From contig JAZFYO010000326.1 in assembly GCA_036443615.1 (NCBI GenBank), positions 1 through 33,670 of the forward strand: a DNA stretch of 33,670 nucleotides, in the 5' to 3' direction. The notes beneath the pieces are model-generated. The model was not told where the DNA came from. It ran no database searches and worked only from the letters and a program-made list of their open reading frames with translations. Of the stretch, positions 7,147 through 17,733 are shown one piece after another. The stretch comes from Candidatus Binatia bacterium (GTDB taxonomy: Bacteria > Desulfobacterota > Binatia > UBA9968 > CAXXLF01). The translations under genes and the position numbers were made by a program. Each line of letters opens with the position of its first letter. The first letter of the stretch is position 1.

Positions 7147-8697
7147 ATGACAATGTCACCCACGATCAGAGAGATCCCAACGGCGATCCGTCACATGATG
7201 ATCGGAGACGACCCTTTCGATCACCAGCTCATCGAAAACTGCCATCCCTCGAATTGGATCAATCCAACGGCCTCCGGCAAGTATAACCTGGTTGTTGTCG
7301 GAGCCGGCACGGCCGGATTAGTCAGCGCTGCCGGCGCTGTCGGGCTAGGGGCCAAGGTAGCCCTCATCGAAAGGACCCTGCTAGGCGGCGACTGCCTGAA
7401 CGTGGGCTGTGTCCCTTCCAAGGGGATGATCCGGGCCTCTCGAGCCGCCTTTGACGTCCTGGATGGGAGTACGTTTGGAGTTCACCTCAACTCCGCGCCT
7501 GGAATTAACTTTTCGGAAGCGATGGAGCGCATGCGCCGGCTCAGAGCCAACATCAGCAAAAATGACTCCGTCCACCGGTTCAAGAATCTGGGGGTTGACA
7601 TCTATCTTGGAAATGCAAAGTTTGTTGGTCCTTCCACCCTAGAGGTCGATGCTGCCTCCCTGGAATTTGACCGTGCTGTGATCGCTACTGGGGCAGCCCC
7701 CGCGAAGTCATCCATCCCTGGTCTGGAGGAAGCCGGCTTCTACACCAATGAGACCATCTTTACCCTGACCGAACTTCCGCGCCGGATGGTAGTTGTCGGG
7801 GCAGGTCCCATCGGTTGTGAGCTGGCCCAATCGTTCCAACGGTTTGGAAGCCAGGTCACCTTGCTAACGCACGGCACACGGATCCTACCCCAGGAGGACG
7901 GCGACGCCGCCGCAGCCATTTGCAGGCAGATGGAGCGTGAGCGGATGCGAATCCTCTATAGTGCCGTGCCTTTACAGGTGAAGAAGAGAGGGTCAGAAAA
8001 AATCCTGTTGCTCTCGCGCGATGGACGGGAAGAAGAGCTGGTCTGTGATGCCATCCTCGTCGGGATCGGCCGCAAGCCCAACGTAGAGGGGCTGGGACTG
8101 GAGGCAGCCGGCGTAAAGTTTTCTCCCAACGGCGTAGCGGTAGATAACCGGCTGCGGACGACGAATCCGCGCATCTACGCCGCAGGCGATATCTGCTCCC
8201 GCTTCAAGTTCACCCATGCCGCCGACGCAATGGCACGCATCGTTCTCGCAAACGCGCTATTCTTCGGGCGCCGTAAAGCAAGTGCCTTGACCATACCTTG
8301 GTGTACCTACACCGATCCGGAAGTCGCTCATGTAGGGTACTACGAAGCCGAGGCGCGCACGGCAGGTATCGAGGTGGCTACCCTCACGGAGAAACTCAGC
8401 CACAATGACCGCGCCATCTTAGATGGTGAGGGTGAGGGATTCGCCCGGATCCATTACAACAGGAAGGATGGTAAAATCCTCGGTGGAACCATCGTAGCCC
8501 GCCATGCAGGAGAAATGATCGGCGAGCTGACCCTGGCCATAACGACAGGGCAAAAGGTAAGCGTTCTCGCATCCACCATTCACCCCTATCCTACTCAGGC
8601 TGAAGTACTGAAAAGGATCGGCGACGACTATATGCGGCAGAGACTCACACCAACTTTAAAGAAGATATTCGAGAGGTGGTTTGCCTGGAAAAGGTAG
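7147..8697 (+). CDS. class I pyridine nucleotide-disulfide oxidoreductase (MerA/Lpd-like flavoprotein disulfide reductase)
   Basis: 516 aa. Has FAD GxGxxG (VVVGAGTAGL), the redox-active GGDCLNVGCVPSK, NAD(P)H-binding VVVGAGPIGCE, and the dimerisation motif HPYPTQAE. There is no NmerA domain and no C-terminal Cys pair, so I do not call it MerA. GGAGG abuts the ATG at 7147, so the ATG at 7153 is the more likely start. Confidence 0.85.
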   Translation: MTMSPTIREIPTAIRHMMIGDDPFDHQLIENCHPSNWINPTASGKYNLVVVGAGTAGLVSAAGAVGLGAKVALIERTLLGGDCLNVGCVPSKGMIRASRAAFDVLDGSTFGVHLNSAPGINFSEAMERMRRLRANISKNDSVHRFKNLGVDIYLGNAKFVGPSTLEVDAASLEFDRAVIATGAAPAKSSIPGLEEAGFYTNETIFTLTELPRRMVVVGAGPIGCELAQSFQRFGSQVTLLTHGTRILPQEDGDAAAAICRQMERERMRILYSAVPLQVKKRGSEKILLLSRDGREEELVCDAILVGIGRKPNVEGLGLEAAGVKFSPNGVAVDNRLRTTNPRIYAAGDICSRFKFTHAADAMARIVLANALFFGRRKASALTIPWCTYTDPEVAHVGYYEAEARTAGIEVATLTEKLSHNDRAILDGEGEGFARIHYNRKDGKILGGTIVARHAGEMIGELTLAITTGQKVSVLASTIHPYPTQAEVLKRIGDDYMRQRLTPTLKKIFERWFAWKR

Positions 8698-8701
8698 GGA
8701 A

Positions 8702-9355
8702 ATGACGGCAACCAGAAGAAAAATACTAATCTTTTCGGGACTCCTAGTGCTTATCGGGTTAGCCTACTGGCAGCGGAGCCACTTACGGATAGAACTCCTG
8801 GTGGAACAGATCAGGGCCCTGGGTCCATGGGGACCGGCGGCCTATATTATTCTCTACCTCATCGCCCCACCCCTTTTCATCCCTGGTTCCGTCATCACCC
8901 TTGCGGGAGGAGCTCTCTTTGGACCACTCTGGGGAACCCTCTACACCATCTTCGGAGCAACCGGTGGCGCCTCTCTGGCCTTCCTCATCGGACGCTACCT
9001 GGCCGGAGATTGGGTCGAGAACAAAGCCAAGGGAATATTGAAACGTCTAAAGGACGGTGTGGAAAAGGAGGGGTGGCGTTTTGTTGCCTTCACCCGATTA
9101 GTCCCGCTTTTCCCATTCAATGTTTTGAACTACGCCTTCGGTCTAACTAAGATCAGGTTCTTTCACTTCGTGGCTGCCTCCTTCTTCTGCATGCTCCCCG
9201 GGGCCGCGGCTTACACATTTATCGGCTATGCAGGACGTGAGGCAGCTCTGGGAGGAAAAGGATTGGTATTCAAAATAGCTGCCGCATGTGGGCTTGTTCT
9301 ATTCGTATTCATGCTTCCCAGACTTATCAAGGCCGTAAAAGGAGATAGCAAATAG
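8702..9355 (+). CDS. TVP38/TMEM64 (DedA-superfamily) membrane protein
   Basis: Motif LFIPGSVITLAGGALFGPLWGTLYTIFGATGGASLAFLIGRYL. The track start is TTG 8681, which overlaps the upstream gene; I prefer the in-frame ATG at 8702 (MTATRRKILIF...). Confidence 0.8.
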   Translation: MTATRRKILIFSGLLVLIGLAYWQRSHLRIELLVEQIRALGPWGPAAYIILYLIAPPLFIPGSVITLAGGALFGPLWGTLYTIFGATGGASLAFLIGRYLAGDWVENKAKGILKRLKDGVEKEGWRFVAFTRLVPLFPFNVLNYAFGLTKIRFFHFVAASFFCMLPGAAAYTFIGYAGREAALGGKGLVFKIAAACGLVLFVFMLPRLIKAVKGDSK

Positions 9356-9365
9356 GCTTCCTCGA

Positions 9366-10046
9366 ATGCTGCGTATCTCGGTTATTATTCCAGCGCTGAA
9401 CGAAGAGAGCATAATTGCCTCGACACTAGAGGCCCTCAGGCCGCTAGCACCGACGGAGGTTATTGTGGTTGATGGCGGAAGCACGGATCACACCAGGGAA
9501 ATAGTTGCGCGTACAGACGCCACGTTAGCCTCTTCCGCACGCGGGCGAGCAGAGCAGATGAATCACGGAGCTAGGCTGGCTCGCGGCGATGTCTTCCTTT
9601 TCCTCCACGCAGATACCCACCCCCCCCCCTCCGCCATAAGTGAAATCCGGTGTGCCCTGGAGGACCCTCGATGTGTAGGAGGAAGATTTGATGTGAGGCT
9701 CGAGGGTAATCATAGGATCTATGGGCTGATTGGCGCCCTGATCAATCTCCGCTCCCGCTTGACTAAGGTAGCCACGGGAGATCAAGCAATTTTTGTCCGC
9801 CGAGAAGTATACGAAGAAATCGGAGGGTTTCCGAACCTCCCCTTAATCGAGGATATCGCCTTTTCCCGTTACCTAAAGAAAAAAGGGAAGGTGGCCTGTC
9901 TCAAGAGTCGGGTTACGACATCCACACGTCGATGGGAAAGGGAGGGGATATGGCAGACTGTTCTAAGAATGTGGGCGCTCAGGCTTCTCTACTTGGCAGG
10001 TGTATCTCCATTCCGCCTTAAGCGCTTCTACGGCGATGCCCGCTAA
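9366..10046 (+). CDS. family-2 glycosyltransferase, TIGR04283-like
   Basis: 226 aa. Motifs: SVIIPALNEE, VVDGGSTD, LFLHADT, GDQAIFVRR, PLIEDIAFSR, TSTRRWE. Size and motif order match what I recall of TIGR04283; no HMM was run. Confidence 0.7.
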   Translation: MLRISVIIPALNEESIIASTLEALRPLAPTEVIVVDGGSTDHTREIVARTDATLASSARGRAEQMNHGARLARGDVFLFLHADTHPPPSAISEIRCALEDPRCVGGRFDVRLEGNHRIYGLIGALINLRSRLTKVATGDQAIFVRREVYEEIGGFPNLPLIEDIAFSRYLKKKGKVACLKSRVTTSTRRWEREGIWQTVLRMWALRLLYLAGVSPFRLKRFYGDAR

Positions 10047-10050
10047 AGAG

Positions 10051-10641
10051 CTAAGGCAAGCCCCTTAACGCCTGCAAGACCTGTTCATTGCTTGCCCTCT
10101 TTCTGTAGTCCACCTCGACAAATTTCCAACGCACCACTCCCCCCTTGTCGATCACATAGGTTGCGGGGTGGGGCCATCCAGGACCGTCAGGATTCAGAAT
10201 CCCATAACGGTCGATCACCTTGTGTTTTTTGTCCTCGAGCAGAGGAAAATCAAAATCTCCCGGATATTCTTTTCTCAGATCCAAAACAAACTTTTTCGAT
10301 TGCTCATGGGAATCGATACTAACGGCCAGTATCCGAACCCTTTCTTTCAATTTCTTTGTCAAGAGACTTTTCAGCTTCCCGAGCTGCTCTCCGCACCACG
10401 GTCACCAATGGCCACGGTAAAAAACAAGGACCACATTCATTTTGCCGCGAAAATCGGAAAGCGAAATTGCCCTCCCGTCCATATTTTCTAAGGTAAAATC
10501 CGGCGCCCTGTCCCCGACCTTAACTCTCTCCAAATCTGTGAGTCTTAAACCGGCCTTATCTTTGGGTCCTAACTGGGCGTATACTGAAGATATTAAAAGG
10601 AATATCAGTAATACCAAAGTATTGAAGGTGTGTTGAACCAT
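10051..10641 (-). CDS. exported AhpC/TSA (redoxin) family protein with in-frame UGA, a probable selenocysteine (U80)
   Basis: Track ORFs 10402..10641 and 10051..10362 are in the same frame, separated only by TGA (10402..10404). Read-through gives ...[21 protein letters not shown]...[12 protein letters not shown]...[11 protein letters not shown]..., with UGA at the first Cys of the W-C-x-x-C motif. The N-terminal signal peptide is [22 protein letters not shown]. Confidence 0.7.
10361..10391 (-). promoter_or_regulatory. candidate bacterial SECIS hairpin
   Basis: Minus-strand RNA starting 11 nt after the UGA: GAGAG-CAGCU-[CGGGA]-AGCUG-(AAAAGU bulge)-CUCUU. The G-rich apical loop begins about 20 nt after the UGA. 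Folded by eye only. Confidence 0.45.
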
Positions 10642-10731
10642 CGTTCCCCCTCTCTAATCCTAACAACCACGGTTGCTGATCCTCGGTTCCCCCAACCCTG
10701 AAAATTGACCAGCTTTTTCACGCTAAATTGC

Positions 10732-10760
10732 TTTACTTTTTCGCCCAATTCGAGTATAAT
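10732..10760 (+). promoter_or_regulatory. putative gyrB promoter
   Basis: TTTACT (10732..10737), a 17-nt spacer, then a perfect TATAAT (10755..10760), about 70 nt upstream of the gyrB ATG. Pattern match only. Confidence 0.35.
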
Positions 10761-10810
10761 TTCCAACTATAAAATCTAGCGTAAATTCAAGTCTTTACAA
10801 GGGATTTTAA

Positions 10811-13258
<2,448 letters not shown>

Positions 13259-13338
13259 CTTTTTGACGGCCAGTACGCTTAGAGACCAGGAGGCTATTCC
13301 GCTTCCTGGCTTTCCAGATTCCTAGCAGTAACCTAATT

Positions 13339-15798
13339 ATGGAAGCCAGCCTTAAGCAGCAAAAGGTGCCCGTCTATATTGAAGACGAGATGCGTCAGTC
13401 CTATATGGACTACGCGATGAGCGTCATCATTGGCAGGGCGCTGCCGGATGTACGCGATGGCCTAAAGCCGGTGCATCGGCGAGTTCTCTATGCCATGTAC
13501 GATATGGGAAATAGCTGGAACAACCCCTACAAAAAATCCGCCCGCCTGGTTGGCGACGTGATCGGAAAGTACCATCCTCATGGCGACGTGGCAGTCTATG
13601 ACACTATCGTGCGCATGGCCCAGGATTTTTCCATGCGTTACCTTTTGGTGGATGGACAGGGGAACTTCGGCTCGGTAGATGGGGATCCTCCGGCCGCCAT
13701 GAGATACACGGAGATCCGGATGGCGCAAATGGCCGGGGAGATCTTGGCCGATATCGAGAAAGATACCGTCAATTTTGTTCCCAACTACGATGACTCCATA
13801 AGTGAACCTACCGTCCTTCCTTCCCGCATTCCTACCCTCTTAATCAATGGTGGCTCGGGAATCGCGGTGGGGATGGCTACCAATATCCCGCCGCACAACC
13901 TAGGAGAAGTCGTGGACGGTTTGGTGGCCATGGTGGAAAAGCCGGATATCAGCATCGATGAACTCATGAACTACATTCCGGGCCCCGACTTTCCCACGGG
14001 GGCTTACATCCACGGCCGGGAGACCATCCGCCAAGCGTACAGGACAGGCCGAGGATCCATCCAGATGCGAGCAAGGTTCTCAACCGAGACGGTAAAGCGG
14101 ACAGGCAGAGAGCAAATCATTATCCATGAGATTCCCTTCTTGGTGAACAAGGCCCGTCTCATCGAGCAGATCGCGGGGCTAGCACAGGAGAAGAAGGTCG
14201 ATGGCATTGCAGACTTGCGCGACGAATCTGACCGGGAAGGGATGCGAGTTGTGATCGAACTCAAGCGCGACGCCGTGCCAGACGTGCTCATCAATCAGCT
14301 TTACAAGCATACATCCTTACAGGAGTCCTTTGGGGTCAATATGCTGGCCATCGATGACGGCCGACCCAGGCTCCTCAATCTGAAAGATGCCTTGAAGGCC
14401 TTCCTGGATCACCGCAGTGAAGTGGTGACTCGCAGAACCGCGTATGACCTGCGCAAGGCGGAGGAACGTCTGCACATCCTGGAAGGGTTAAAGATTGCGT
14501 TGGACCACTTAGATCAGGTCATCACGCTCATTCGGCAATCCACTGATCCCAAGACCGCCAAGGAAGGTCTTATGGCCAGCTTTGGTTTGTCGGACGTTCA
14601 GGCTCAGGCAATCCTGGAGATGCGGCTGCAGAGGTTGACGGGGTTGGAAAGAGAAAAGATTGTCAAAGAGCACCAGGAAACCACGGAGAACATCAACCAA
14701 CTACGGGCGATTCTGGCAGACGAGAGAGAAATCTTTCGAATTATTGTCGAGGAGATCAAGGATATCAAGGAACGGTACGGAGACCCGCGGCGAACCGAGA
14801 TTGTGGATCAATCAGAGGAGATCTCGGTGGAGGACCTCATCGTCGATGAAGACATGGTGGTCACCGTATCCCACGAAGGCTATATCAAGCGTAACCCGGT
14901 TACGCTTTATCGGGCGCAACACCGGGGTGGAAAAGGGAAAGTTGGGGCGACGACGAGGGACGAGGATTTTGTCGAATATCTCTTCGTTGCCTCCACCCAT
15001 GCCTACATTCTCTTCTTTACCACCATTGGGAAAATCTACTGGATAAAGGTCCATGAACTCCCCCAGGCCGGAAGGGCCGCTAGGGGGAGACCTATCGTTA
15101 ACCTCCTCCACCTAGGAGAAGGAGAGAAGGTTTCGGCCTTTCTCCCGGTCCGTGAATTCCAGGAAGGACACTTTGTTCTCTTTGCAACCAAAGGTGGATT
15201 AGTCAAAAAAACCGAGCTCATGGCTCATTCCAATCCACGGTCCACAGGGACTCGCGCGATCGCCCTGGAGCCAAAAGACGAGGTCATCGGTGTCCGCCTC
15301 ACCGACGGACAACAGGCGGTCCTCCTCTCAACCCTATCGGGCCAGTCCATTCGCTTCAAAGAAGAGCAGGTCCGTGCCACCGGTAGGGGAACCTATGGAG
15401 TTATCGGGGTCAACTTGGACAAAGGCGATCAGGTGGTGAGCATGGAGATCCTGAACCAACAGGCCAGCATCTTAACCGTGGCGGAGAACGGTTACGGTAA
15501 GCGCACCGGCATTGACGAGTACCGTCCCCAATCGCGCGGGGGTAAAGGGATCATCACGATGAAGACCACTAAAAAGACCGGGCACGTGATCGGGGTTCAG
15601 CAAGTAACCGATGATGACCAGCTCATGCTGGTAACAAATCGAGGCAAGATTATTCGCCTTAGGCTTAAAGACATCAGGACGATCGGGCGGAACACCCAGG
15701 GGGTCCGTCTTATCGAGATGGAAGAGGGCGAGCGGGTCGTCTCGCTCGCAAGGGTGGCGGAGAAGGAAGATGAGGACAAACTTCCGCAGGCTCAATGA
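13339..15798 (+). CDS. gyrA: DNA gyrase subunit A
   Basis: 819 aa. Motifs: [12 protein letters not shown], the QRDR-type [14 protein letters not shown], active-site AAMRYTE, the GyrA-box-like QHRGGKGK, and a repeated beta-pinwheel C-terminal domain. Confidence 0.97.
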   Translation: MEASLKQQKVPVYIEDEMRQSYMDYAMSVIIGRALPDVRDGLKPVHRRVLYAMYDMGNSWNNPYKKSARLVGDVIGKYHPHGDVAVYDTIVRMAQDFSMRYLLVDGQGNFGSVDGDPPAAMRYTEIRMAQMAGEILADIEKDTVNFVPNYDDSISEPTVLPSRIPTLLINGGSGIAVGMATNIPPHNLGEVVDGLVAMVEKPDISIDELMNYIPGPDFPTGAYIHGRETIRQAYRTGRGSIQMRARFSTETVKRTGREQIIIHEIPFLVNKARLIEQIAGLAQEKKVDGIADLRDESDREGMRVVIELKRDAVPDVLINQLYKHTSLQESFGVNMLAIDDGRPRLLNLKDALKAFLDHRSEVVTRRTAYDLRKAEERLHILEGLKIALDHLDQVITLIRQSTDPKTAKEGLMASFGLSDVQAQAILEMRLQRLTGLEREKIVKEHQETTENINQLRAILADEREIFRIIVEEIKDIKERYGDPRRTEIVDQSEEISVEDLIVDEDMVVTVSHEGYIKRNPVTLYRAQHRGGKGKVGATTRDEDFVEYLFVASTHAYILFFTTIGKIYWIKVHELPQAGRAARGRPIVNLLHLGEGEKVSAFLPVREFQEGHFVLFATKGGLVKKTELMAHSNPRSTGTRAIALEPKDEVIGVRLTDGQQAVLLSTLSGQSIRFKEEQVRATGRGTYGVIGVNLDKGDQVVSMEILNQQASILTVAENGYGKRTGIDEYRPQSRGGKGIITMKTTKKTGHVIGVQQVTDDDQLMLVTNRGKIIRLRLKDIRTIGRNTQGVRLIEMEEGERVVSLARVAEKEDEDKLPQAQ

Positions 15799-15809
15799 AA
15801 AATGCAGAT

Positions 15810-15836
15810 TGTAAAATTTAAATTTTAAATTTTACA
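15810..15836. repeat. perfect 13-bp inverted repeat around a central T (27-nt palindrome), almost pure A/T
   Basis: TGTAAAATTTAAA-T-TTTAAATTTTACA, followed by TTTT. Lies between the gyrA stop (15798) and the gpsA start. Confidence 0.6.
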
Positions 15837-15856
15837 TTTTGCCTTCAATAGTGGCC

Positions 15857-16864
15857 ATGGGCCAAGCAATAGGGATTATTGGCGCTGGAGGCTGGGGGAC
15901 GGCCCTGAGTAAGCTGCTGTGTGAGAAAGGAGAAGATGTCAGCCTCTGGTGTCATGGAGAAGATACCTACCGCAATATTCGGGAGAATAGGGAAAATCGA
16001 TCTTACCTCCCTGGCGTTACCCTTCCACGCGCTCTTAAGCTCAGCCGCTCCCTAGAAGAAACGGTCTCTGGGAAGAGTATTCTTCTCTGCGTAGTTCCGT
16101 CCCATGCGGTGCGCAAGGTGATGCAGGGTACAGTATCCCATGTAGCGCCACACGCAACCTTGGTTTGCGGGACCAAGGGGATAGAGGAGGGGACCCTCAT
16201 GACCATGGGCGAGGTTATGGTCGATATCTTTGGCTTGTCCAAGAAGGAGAGGCTTGTCTTCCTTTCCGGTCCGACCTTTGCCCTTGAAGTAGCTCGCGGC
16301 CTACCTACGGCCATCACGCTGGCCAGCTTTAATGATGATGTGGCCAGGGATATTCGAGAAACACTGAGCACCCAGAGCCTTAGGATCTATACATCACGTG
16401 ATGTTGTTGGAGTACAGATGGGTGGGGTAGTCAAAAACGTGATCGCCATTTCCGCAGGTATCAGCGATGGGTTGTCCCTCGGTTATAATGCGCGCGCCGC
16501 TCTGATTACCCGTGGATTGGCTGAGATGACCCGATTAGCAATCAAGATGGGATCGGACCCCCGCACTCTTTCGGGACTTCCCGGACTGGGAGACCTGATA
16601 CTGACATGTACGGGAGACCTGAGTCGAAATCGCTGGGTGGGCCTGGAGATCGCCAAGGGTCGCAAGCTTGGCGACATTCTATCTGGCATGAGCATGGTTG
16701 CCGAGGGGGTACGCAATACCAGGTCGCTCCGCCTCCTGGCCCAACGGCTCGGAGTTGAGATGCCCATTGTGGAACAGATGTCCCTGGTCCTTTACGAAAA
16801 CAAGAAGCCCATGGAGGCCGTGCGCGACCTAATGCAGCGTACGCTCAAGCCTGAGGTACCTTGA
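15857..16864 (+). CDS. gpsA: NAD(P)H-dependent glycerol-3-phosphate dehydrogenase
   Basis: Has the N-terminal Rossmann motif IGIIGAGGWGTALS, and later GPTFALEVARGLPTA, GVVKNVIAI and GDLILTCTG. The track start at 15839 is TTG; I prefer the in-frame ATG at 15857 (MGQAIGIIGAG...). Confidence 0.9.
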   Translation: MGQAIGIIGAGGWGTALSKLLCEKGEDVSLWCHGEDTYRNIRENRENRSYLPGVTLPRALKLSRSLEETVSGKSILLCVVPSHAVRKVMQGTVSHVAPHATLVCGTKGIEEGTLMTMGEVMVDIFGLSKKERLVFLSGPTFALEVARGLPTAITLASFNDDVARDIRETLSTQSLRIYTSRDVVGVQMGGVVKNVIAISAGISDGLSLGYNARAALITRGLAEMTRLAIKMGSDPRTLSGLPGLGDLILTCTGDLSRNRWVGLEIAKGRKLGDILSGMSMVAEGVRNTRSLRLLAQRLGVEMPIVEQMSLVLYENKKPMEAVRDLMQRTLKPEVP

Positions 16865-16969
16865 AACAGAGATGTGCTGCTCGAAGGCCCGCAGAGGGCA
16901 AAATTGACAACGGGGAAGGTCTATGATTCAAATAAAGAACTATGGTTCTGTGCAGATTGAAAGATTGGT

Positions 16970-17131
16970 ATGAAGCGGACCTATCAACCGAGTAACATAA
17001 GGCGAAAGAGGACCCACGGATTCCTTGAAAGAATGGATTCCCCTGGGGGCCGCAAAGTCCTAAAACGGAGAAGGGCGAAAGGGCGTAAAAAACTGACTGT
17101 TGTGGTGCCTCCGAAGCAGGCCCGCTCATAG
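16970..17131 (+). CDS. rpmH: 50S ribosomal protein L34 (with a C-terminal extension of about 9 aa)
   Basis: Not in the track (53 aa). My reading: [53 protein letters not shown]. The canonical L34 core is followed by VVPPKQARS. Confidence 0.9.
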   Translation: MKRTYQPSNIRRKRTHGFLERMDSPGGRKVLKRRRAKGRKKLTVVVPPKQARS

Positions 17132-17145
17132 AACGGAGCGGACAG

Positions 17146-17496
17146 TTGTCGATGAGCCGGGAAAGGTTCCCGAAAAGGACCCACCTTACCAGACGCTCTG
17201 ATTTCCTCAGCCTCTCACGCGGAGGGAAGACGGTCTACACCCCTCACTTCATCGTCATAAGCAAGGCAAACGATAGGCGAGTTGATAGACTCGGCATCAC
17301 GGTCAGCGCGAAGGTGGGAAAGGCAGTGGTCCGCAATCGGGTCAAGAGACTCTTAAGGGAGTTTTACCGCAGGCAGCAGAACCCTCTCTCCCCCCATCGG
17401 GACTTCCTGATCATTGCGAGAAAGAGGGCTGGAGACCTATCCACCCATGAGATAGCCCGGGAACTGGGAAAGGCCTTCGCCGCCCCACGGAGATAA
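17146..17496 (+). CDS. rnpA: ribonuclease P protein component
   Basis: Sits immediately after rpmH. Basic 116-aa protein with VGKAVVRNRVKRLLRE (the RNR motif). The track start is TTG 17146; the in-frame ATG at 17152 is an alternative. Confidence 0.9.
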   Translation: MSMSRERFPKRTHLTRRSDFLSLSRGGKTVYTPHFIVISKANDRRVDRLGITVSAKVGKAVVRNRVKRLLREFYRRQQNPLSPHRDFLIIARKRAGDLSTHEIARELGKAFAAPRR

Positions 17497-17503
17497 AACA
17501 GGT

Positions 17504-17725
17504 ATGGTCAAACTGGTAAAGAGAGTCATTATTCTTTTGCTTATTGGGTACCGCCATTATTTGTCTCCGCTGCTGCCCCCCACCTGCCGCTTCTTCCCCA
17601 GCTGTTCCGGCTATACCCTTGAGGCCGTTCAACGACACGGGGGCATGAAGGGTCTCTGGCTTGGCCTGCGCCGGCTCCTGCACTGCCATCCCTTTCACCG
17701 AGGTGGCTACAACCCTGTCCCATAA
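17504..17725 (+). CDS. yidD: membrane protein insertion efficiency factor YidD
   Basis: 73 aa. Has YRHYLSPLLPPTCRFFPSCSGY...HCHPFHRGGYNPVP, the canonical YidD pattern, in the conserved position between rnpA and yidC. Confidence 0.9.
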   Translation: MVKLVKRVIILLLIGYRHYLSPLLPPTCRFFPSCSGYTLEAVQRHGGMKGLWLGLRRLLHCHPFHRGGYNPVP

Positions 17726-17733
17726 AATTTCTC

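Noticed and set aside
7147-8697. Calling this gene mercuric reductase (merA)
   Set aside because: It has the CxxxxC flavoprotein core. It lacks an N-terminal HMA (NmerA) domain and the C-terminal Cys-Cys pair, and no merR, merT or merP genes are nearby. I kept the generic disulfide-reductase call.
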